From the NCBI GenBank assembly GCA_036397095.1, contig DASWJQ010000039.1, positions 1,422-65,421 of the forward strand: 64,000 nt of DNA, in the 5' to 3' direction. A model generated the notes under the pieces. The model searched no databases. It was not told the DNA's origin and saw only the letters and a program-made list of their open reading frames with translations. Each line of letters starts with the position of its first letter. Position 1 is the first letter of the stretch. This DNA comes from Anaerolineales bacterium. GTDB lineage: Bacteria; Chloroflexota; Anaerolineae; Anaerolineales; E44-bin32. The position numbers and the translations under genes are program-made. Shown here piece by piece: positions 59,039 through 64,000 of the stretch.

Positions 59039-60099
59039 TGAAGTCAGTCCCAGCCGGCCAGCCGGCGCGCCAGCGGCGGGAACCCACACTAAATGCCGTT
59101 CGGGTGCCGCGGCCGGGCGTCGTCGAATTCGTGGACCTGGAGCGGCGCCCACTGGCCGAGGGCGAAGTCCGGCTGCAGGTCGAGGCGATCGGGATCTGCG
59201 GATCGGACGTGGCGCTGCTGGCCGGGCGGCATCCATACGCGGCGTATCCGGTCGTCCCCGGGCATGAGGTCGGCGGTCGCGTGCTCGAGGCCGGGCCTGG
59301 TGTGGTGCTGGAGATTGGGCAGCGGGTGGCGGTCCGACCGCTACTGACCTGCGGAATCTGCCGGGCCTGCCGCGAAGGCCGCGTGAACCACTGCGCCGAG
59401 GTTCGTGTGCTGGGGGTGCACCTGGACGGGGGCATGGCCGAAGAGTTCGTCGTCCCACAGGAGCTGCTGTTCCCGGTGCCGGAGGGGATGAGCGGAGAGT
59501 GGGCGGCGCTGGCCGAGCCCACCGCGGTGGCAGTGCACCTGTGCCATCGGGCCGGCATCGGACCGGGCAGCAGTGTCGCGATCCTGGGGACCGGCGTGAT
59601 CGGGCTGCTGGCGCTGCAGGTGGCCCGGGCCTGGGGTGCGCAGGCCGTACTGGCGGTGGATCAAGTGCCGGAGCGCCTAGAGCTTGCCATGCGGCTGGGC
59701 GCCGCCCAGGCGCTAGACAACCGGCAGGAAGACGTCCTGGACGCCGGCCGCCGATTGTGCCCGGACGGGTTTGATGTGGTCCTCGAAATGGTGGGCGCCG
59801 AGGCCACCCTGGCCAGTGCGCTGGAGCTCACCCGCCGTGGGGGCGGTATTGTGTTCGTGGCGCTGCCCCACGGGAAGATCGCACTCGATTTTGAGCCGGT
59901 CTATCGCAAGGAGCTCTCCCTGCTCGCCACGCGGCTGTATGCAGCGGATTTCGCCGAGGCGATCCCGCTGCTGGCCTCCGGACTGGTGCAGGTGGATCCG
60001 ATCATCACCCACCGCTTCGGGCTGGCCCAGGCAGCCGAGGCGCTGGCCCTGCCGGGCCAGCGCCCAAGTGAAGCCATCAAGGTCATGGTCATCCCATGA
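59038..60099 (+). CDS. Zn-dependent MDR alcohol/polyol dehydrogenase
   Basis: ICGSD....G......YP.VPGHE..G.V.E.G, the CG.C..C..G..N.C cluster and GTGVIGL Rossmann motif. The GTG start overlaps the upstream TAG. Confidence 0.75.
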   Translation: MKSVPAGQPARQRREPTLNAVRVPRPGVVEFVDLERRPLAEGEVRLQVEAIGICGSDVALLAGRHPYAAYPVVPGHEVGGRVLEAGPGVVLEIGQRVAVRPLLTCGICRACREGRVNHCAEVRVLGVHLDGGMAEEFVVPQELLFPVPEGMSGEWAALAEPTAVAVHLCHRAGIGPGSSVAILGTGVIGLLALQVARAWGAQAVLAVDQVPERLELAMRLGAAQALDNRQEDVLDAGRRLCPDGFDVVLEMVGAEATLASALELTRRGGGIVFVALPHGKIALDFEPVYRKELSLLATRLYAADFAEAIPLLASGLVQVDPIITHRFGLAQAAEALALPGQRPSEAIKVMVIP

Positions 60100-60154
60100 A
60101 TGCAATCCCAGGCCCTGAACCCAGGGCACAACCTAGTTGAGAAGGAAGAGGATC

Positions 60155-61657
60155 ATGGAAATCACCGGTGAAGTGCAGAAGATGGCGATGCTGATCGACG
60201 GGCAACCTGTCGTTGGCAACGGCGACGCGGTCGTCGAGGTGTTCAACCCTTCGACCGGCGAGTTGGTCGGCCGGGTGCCGATCGCCTCGGAGGCCGAGAT
60301 CAACCTGGCGGTCGAAGCGGCCGACCGCGCCTTCAAAACATGGCGAGACACGCCGGCTGTCGAGCGCGCTGCCCATATACGGGCGCTGATCGCCATCGTG
60401 CGTCAGAATATCGATGACCTGGCCCGTACCCTGACCATGGAACAGGGCAAGCCCTTTCCACAAGCCAAGGGCGAGATCAACGGCTTTTGCGCTGTGCTCG
60501 AGTTCTACGCCGAGGAAGCCCGCCGCATCAGCGGCATGGTGCTCGAATCGGACCAAACCGACCGCTTCGTGTACGTTCTGCGCCATCCAGTTGGCGTGAT
60601 CGCCGCCATCCCACCGTGGAATGATCCGCTCCACCTGTTGAGCCGGATGATCGGCCCGGCGCTGGCTGCCGGCTGCACCGTCGTCGCCAAACCCAGCTCC
60701 GACACGCCGCTGACCACGCTCCAGATGGCCGAACTGGCCCATAAGGCCGGTTTGCCGGCCGGTGTGTTCAACGTCATCACCGGGCCGGGCGGCCGCGTCG
60801 GTGAAGCATTGGTGCGCCATCCAAAGGTGCGCAAGGCCTCGCTGACCGGCAGCCTGGCCGGCGGCCAATCGGTCATGCAGACGGCAGCCGAGGGCATCAA
60901 GAGTGTCACGCTGGAATTGGGCGGCCAGTGCCCATGCATCGTGTGGCACGACGCCGATCTGGACAAGGCCGTCGAGGCCCTGACCTTCCAGGCGTTCCGC
61001 GGCTGTGGCCAGGTATGCAACCGCGTCAACCGTGTTTACGCCCACGCCGATATTTACGACGAGCTTGTCAACCGGGTTGCCGAGTTGGCCGGGCGCATCC
61101 ATGTCGGCGATGGCTTTGCCGACGATATCGACATTGGCCCGCTGGTCAACGAACGACAGCTCGCGTGGGTCACTGGACAGGTCGCCGACGCCCTCAATAA
61201 GGGCGCCCGGCTTTTGGCCGGCGGCCAGCGCAAGGCCGGCGACGGCTACGACAACGGCTTCTTCTTCGAGCCGACCGTGCTGGCCGACTGCAACCACCAG
61301 ATGGGTGTGATGACCGAAGAGACTTTCGGGCCGGTGCTGGCCTTCGCCAAGGTTGACGGCGAGCTGGAAGCGGTTATCGACATGGCCAACGACAGCTGGA
61401 ATGGCTTGAGCGCTTACTTCTTCAGCGCCAACCAGCGCAACTGCTATCTGGCCGCCCGGCGGCTTGAAGCCGGCTCGATCTGGATCAACGATATCCACGG
61501 CTCGATGGTGCAGGCCCCCTACGGCGGGATGAAGCTGAGCGGCATCGGCCGCGAGCAGGGCTCGATCGCCATCGACGAGTATCTGGAATGGAAGACCGTT
61601 TACCAGGAGATGAGCGAGGAGTCGCGCGGCGCCCGCTTATGCGTCCGCCCTGCCTAA
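60155..61657 (+). CDS. NAD(P)-dependent aldehyde dehydrogenase
   Basis: FNPSTGE, the IPPWN.P motif, KPSSDTPLT, LELGGQCP and a catalytic Cys context (RGCGQVCN), and EETFGPV. GAAGGAAGAGG RBS. Confidence 0.85.
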   Translation: MEITGEVQKMAMLIDGQPVVGNGDAVVEVFNPSTGELVGRVPIASEAEINLAVEAADRAFKTWRDTPAVERAAHIRALIAIVRQNIDDLARTLTMEQGKPFPQAKGEINGFCAVLEFYAEEARRISGMVLESDQTDRFVYVLRHPVGVIAAIPPWNDPLHLLSRMIGPALAAGCTVVAKPSSDTPLTTLQMAELAHKAGLPAGVFNVITGPGGRVGEALVRHPKVRKASLTGSLAGGQSVMQTAAEGIKSVTLELGGQCPCIVWHDADLDKAVEALTFQAFRGCGQVCNRVNRVYAHADIYDELVNRVAELAGRIHVGDGFADDIDIGPLVNERQLAWVTGQVADALNKGARLLAGGQRKAGDGYDNGFFFEPTVLADCNHQMGVMTEETFGPVLAFAKVDGELEAVIDMANDSWNGLSAYFFSANQRNCYLAARRLEAGSIWINDIHGSMVQAPYGGMKLSGIGREQGSIAIDEYLEWKTVYQEMSEESRGARLCVRPA

Positions 61658-61658
61658 C

Positions 61659-62618
61659 ATGAGCGATCCGTCCCGTCGGCCGGTCGTCCTGCTTTTCGAA
61701 GAAATCCACCCCAAGGCCGTCGAACGGCTGACGGCCAAGGCCGAGGTGCGCCTGGCGACCAGCCTGGCCCCGGAGGCCCTGCTCCACCAAGTGGCCGACG
61801 TCGACGGCATCATCATCCGCGCCAACGGCAAGGTCGACCGGCGCCTGATGGAGGCTGCTCCAAGGCTCAAGGTGGTGGGTCGCCATGGCACCGGCGTCGA
61901 GGCCATTGACCTGGAGGCTGCCGTCGAACGCAGCATTGCCATCGTGAACACCCCCTTGGCCAACGTCGAGTCGGTCGCCGAACACGCCCTGGGCATGATG
62001 ATCGCCCTGGCCAAACGGCTGCCCGAGGCCGACCGGGCCATCCGCGCCGGCGACTGGGACGCCCGCTACCGCTTGACCGGCCGCGAGCTGGCCGGCAAGA
62101 CGCTGGGGCTGGTCGGGATGGGCCGCATCGGCGGCCGCCTGGCCGAGCTAGCCCACGGTGCATTTGCCATGCGCCTGCTCTACCGCGATATCCAACCGTA
62201 CCCGGATTATGAGGCCCGTCTCAAAGCCGAACGAGTCGAACTTGACCAACTGCTGGTCGAATCGGATGTGGTTTCGGTCCATGTTCCGCTGCTGCCTGAG
62301 ACCCACAGCCTGATTGGCGAAGCCGAGCTGCGGTCCATGCGCTCGACTGCATTCCTGCTCAACACGGCGCGCGGCGCCGTTGTCGACAGCCAAGCGCTGC
62401 TGCAAGCGCTAACCGAGGGTTGGATTGCTGGCGCCGGCCTGGACGTATTCGAGCCAGAGCCGCTGCCGCCCGACCACCCGCTGCTGGCGCTCGAGAATGT
62501 CATCCTGTCGCCGCACATGGCGGCGCACACCGATGAGGCGCTGCTGCGCATGGCCCTGGTGGCCGACGACATCCTGGCCGTCCTCGACGGCCGTGAACCG
62601 ACCCATCGCGTCGCCTGA
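61659..62618 (+). CDS. D-isomer-specific 2-hydroxyacid dehydrogenase (SerA/GhrA-like)
   Basis: GLVGMGRIGGRLA NAD motif, LLNTARG, and the SPHMAAHT catalytic His context. Confidence 0.8.
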   Translation: MSDPSRRPVVLLFEEIHPKAVERLTAKAEVRLATSLAPEALLHQVADVDGIIIRANGKVDRRLMEAAPRLKVVGRHGTGVEAIDLEAAVERSIAIVNTPLANVESVAEHALGMMIALAKRLPEADRAIRAGDWDARYRLTGRELAGKTLGLVGMGRIGGRLAELAHGAFAMRLLYRDIQPYPDYEARLKAERVELDQLLVESDVVSVHVPLLPETHSLIGEAELRSMRSTAFLLNTARGAVVDSQALLQALTEGWIAGAGLDVFEPEPLPPDHPLLALENVILSPHMAAHTDEALLRMALVADDILAVLDGREPTHRVA

Positions 62619-62654
62619 CGGGCGGCACGTCCTTAGCTGCAAGGAGTATTCATC

Positions 62655-63572
62655 GTGGACCCCAACTGGCAAGATTTCTGCACACTGAGCATCGTCCACT
62701 TCATGGCCTTCCCCAAGGTCATGCCAGGCGACGGGCCGATCGTAGAGACTGTTCAACAGATCGCCGAAGATCCGTTCTTCCAAGGGATCGAAATCGGGTG
62801 GATTAAGGATCCGGCCGTGCGGCGTGAAGTAAAGGCCGTCCTGGATGCCAACGACATGAAGGTCGGTCATGGTGCGCAATCGGCCCTGCTCATCGGCAAG
62901 CACAATCTCAACAGCCTAGACGCGGCCGAACGCCAGGCCGCCGTCGGCCAGCTCAAGGCCAATATCGATGAGGCCGCCGAGCTGGGCGCCAAGCGGGTTG
63001 CCTTCCTGTCGGGAAAGGACCCGGGGGATGAGCTTCGCGCCGAGGCGCTCGAGGCGCTCGTCGCCTCGCTCGAGGAAGCCTGTGCCTATGGCCAGGAGCG
63101 CGCCATCGCCCTTGCCTGCGAGACCTTCGACCGCACCGTGGACAAGAAGTGCCTGATCGGCCCCAGCCCATACGCTGCCGAGTTTGCCCGCCGCGTGCGT
63201 CAGAAGTACCCTGACTTCGGCCTGATGTACGACCTGAGCCACATGCCGCTGCTGTACGAGGAGCCGCTTCCCGCGCTGGCCACTCTCAAGGACGTCCTGG
63301 TTCACATTCACGTAGGCAACTGCGTGCTCGACCCAGCTAGCCCGGCTTACGGCGATTTGCACCCCCGTTTTGGATTTCCAGGCGGGGAAAACGACGTTGA
63401 CGAGCTGACCGCCTTCCTTAAGGCGCTGTTCGAGATTGGCTACCTGGCCGAGGGCAAGCAGGACAAACCGTGGGTCGGGTTTGAGGTCAAACCGCAGAGC
63501 GAAGCGGAAAGCTCCACCGAACTGATCGAGGCCACCAAAGACGTCTGGCGCCGGGCCTGGTCGCGCCTGTAG
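62655..63572 (+). CDS. Xylose-isomerase-like TIM-barrel protein (sugar phosphate isomerase/epimerase family)
   Basis: 305 aa with alternating beta/alpha motifs and metal ligands (E in CETFDR, D in YDLSHM, HIHVGN, E in FEVKP). AAGGAG RBS 8 nt before the GTG. Confidence 0.6.
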   Translation: MDPNWQDFCTLSIVHFMAFPKVMPGDGPIVETVQQIAEDPFFQGIEIGWIKDPAVRREVKAVLDANDMKVGHGAQSALLIGKHNLNSLDAAERQAAVGQLKANIDEAAELGAKRVAFLSGKDPGDELRAEALEALVASLEEACAYGQERAIALACETFDRTVDKKCLIGPSPYAAEFARRVRQKYPDFGLMYDLSHMPLLYEEPLPALATLKDVLVHIHVGNCVLDPASPAYGDLHPRFGFPGGENDVDELTAFLKALFEIGYLAEGKQDKPWVGFEVKPQSEAESSTELIEATKDVWRRAWSRL

Positions 63573-63598
63573 CCACTGGTTGAAAGTAAGGAGTCGTG

Positions 63599-64000
63599 AT
63601 GACCAAACCCAAGGTTTTTGTGTCGCGCATCATCCCGGACAAGGGCTTGGAGCGTCTGCAAGCACTGGCCGAAGCCGAGATTTGGCCGGGCGACGAACCG
63701 CCACCCTATGAGACTTTGATCGACAAGGTCAAGGGAGTCGACGGCCTGGTTTGTCTGTTGACCGACCGAATCGATGGTTCGTTGATGGACGCCGCCGGCA
63801 ACCAGCTTAAGGTCATCTCGCAGATGGCCGTTGGCTTCGACAATATCGACGTCGCCGCCGCCACTGAGCGCGGCATCCCGGTCGGACACACACCCGGCGT
63901 GCTGACCGACACGACCGCCGATTTCGCCTTCAGTCTGTTGATGACAGCCGCACGCCGCATTACGGAGGGGGTCGACTACGTCAGGGCCGGCAAGTGGAAG
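63599..64000 (+). CDS. Glyoxylate/hydroxypyruvate reductase B-like D-2-hydroxyacid dehydrogenase, N-terminal part (runs off the right edge)
   Basis: MTKPKVFVSRIIPDKGLERL...VDGLVCLLTDRID..L.DAAG.QLKVISQMAVGFDNIDV.AATERGIPVGHTPGVLTDTTADFAFSLLM.AARRI is the typical GhrB N-terminus. AAGGAG RBS. Absent from the ORF track because there is no stop codon in the window. Confidence 0.8.
   Translation, partial: MTKPKVFVSRIIPDKGLERLQALAEAEIWPGDEPPPYETLIDKVKGVDGLVCLLTDRIDGSLMDAAGNQLKVISQMAVGFDNIDVAAATERGIPVGHTPGVLTDTTADFAFSLLMTAARRITEGVDYVRAGKWK

Overview
This is a gene-dense 64 kb window of high-GC bacterial chromosome; hand counts of typical coding lines give about 65-68% GC. The taxon cannot be assigned from sequence alone.

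Left to right, the window contains:
- the 5' end of greA;
- an intact 1.5 kb ISLre2-like insertion sequence with 9-bp target duplications;
- housekeeping and stress genes: a PIG-L deacetylase, Hsp20, tRNA-Lys(UUU) and a GT39-like glycosyltransferase;
- an ECF42-type sigma factor module with two YciI/DGPF genes;
- a PepSY / ApbE / ferric-reductase-domain operon next to an OmpR/histidine-kinase pair;
- a lower-GC island of secreted hydrolases: an M6 InhA-like metalloprotease, an S1 protease and a 1465-aa ExeM/NucH-type nuclease with four LTD modules;
- several tiny membrane proteins and an unannotated Flp-type pilin;
- a 1037-aa serine hydroxymethyltransferase-GcvT fusion;
- an M1 peptidase, tRNA-Val(UAC), dcd and other housekeeping genes;
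- from about 40.4 kb to the window end, a roughly 24 kb GntR-headed catabolic island.

The catabolic island holds a sugar ABC transporter, IolB-, Hyi-, UlaG- and DapA-like enzymes, many dehydrogenases, and a four-subunit molybdenum hydroxylase. The hydroxylase large subunit is split at an in-frame TAA-ATG junction and is followed by an AAA_5/VWA pair.

The intergenic regions carry an unusual load of species-specific repeats: 200-nt and 122-nt tandem units, G-quadruplex-prone (ATTGGGG)n tracts, a heptamer microsatellite, and hairpins whose arms are themselves near-palindromes.

No rRNA genes, CRISPR arrays or prophage genes were seen. Every functional call rests on motif recognition in the translated ORFs; no database search was run.
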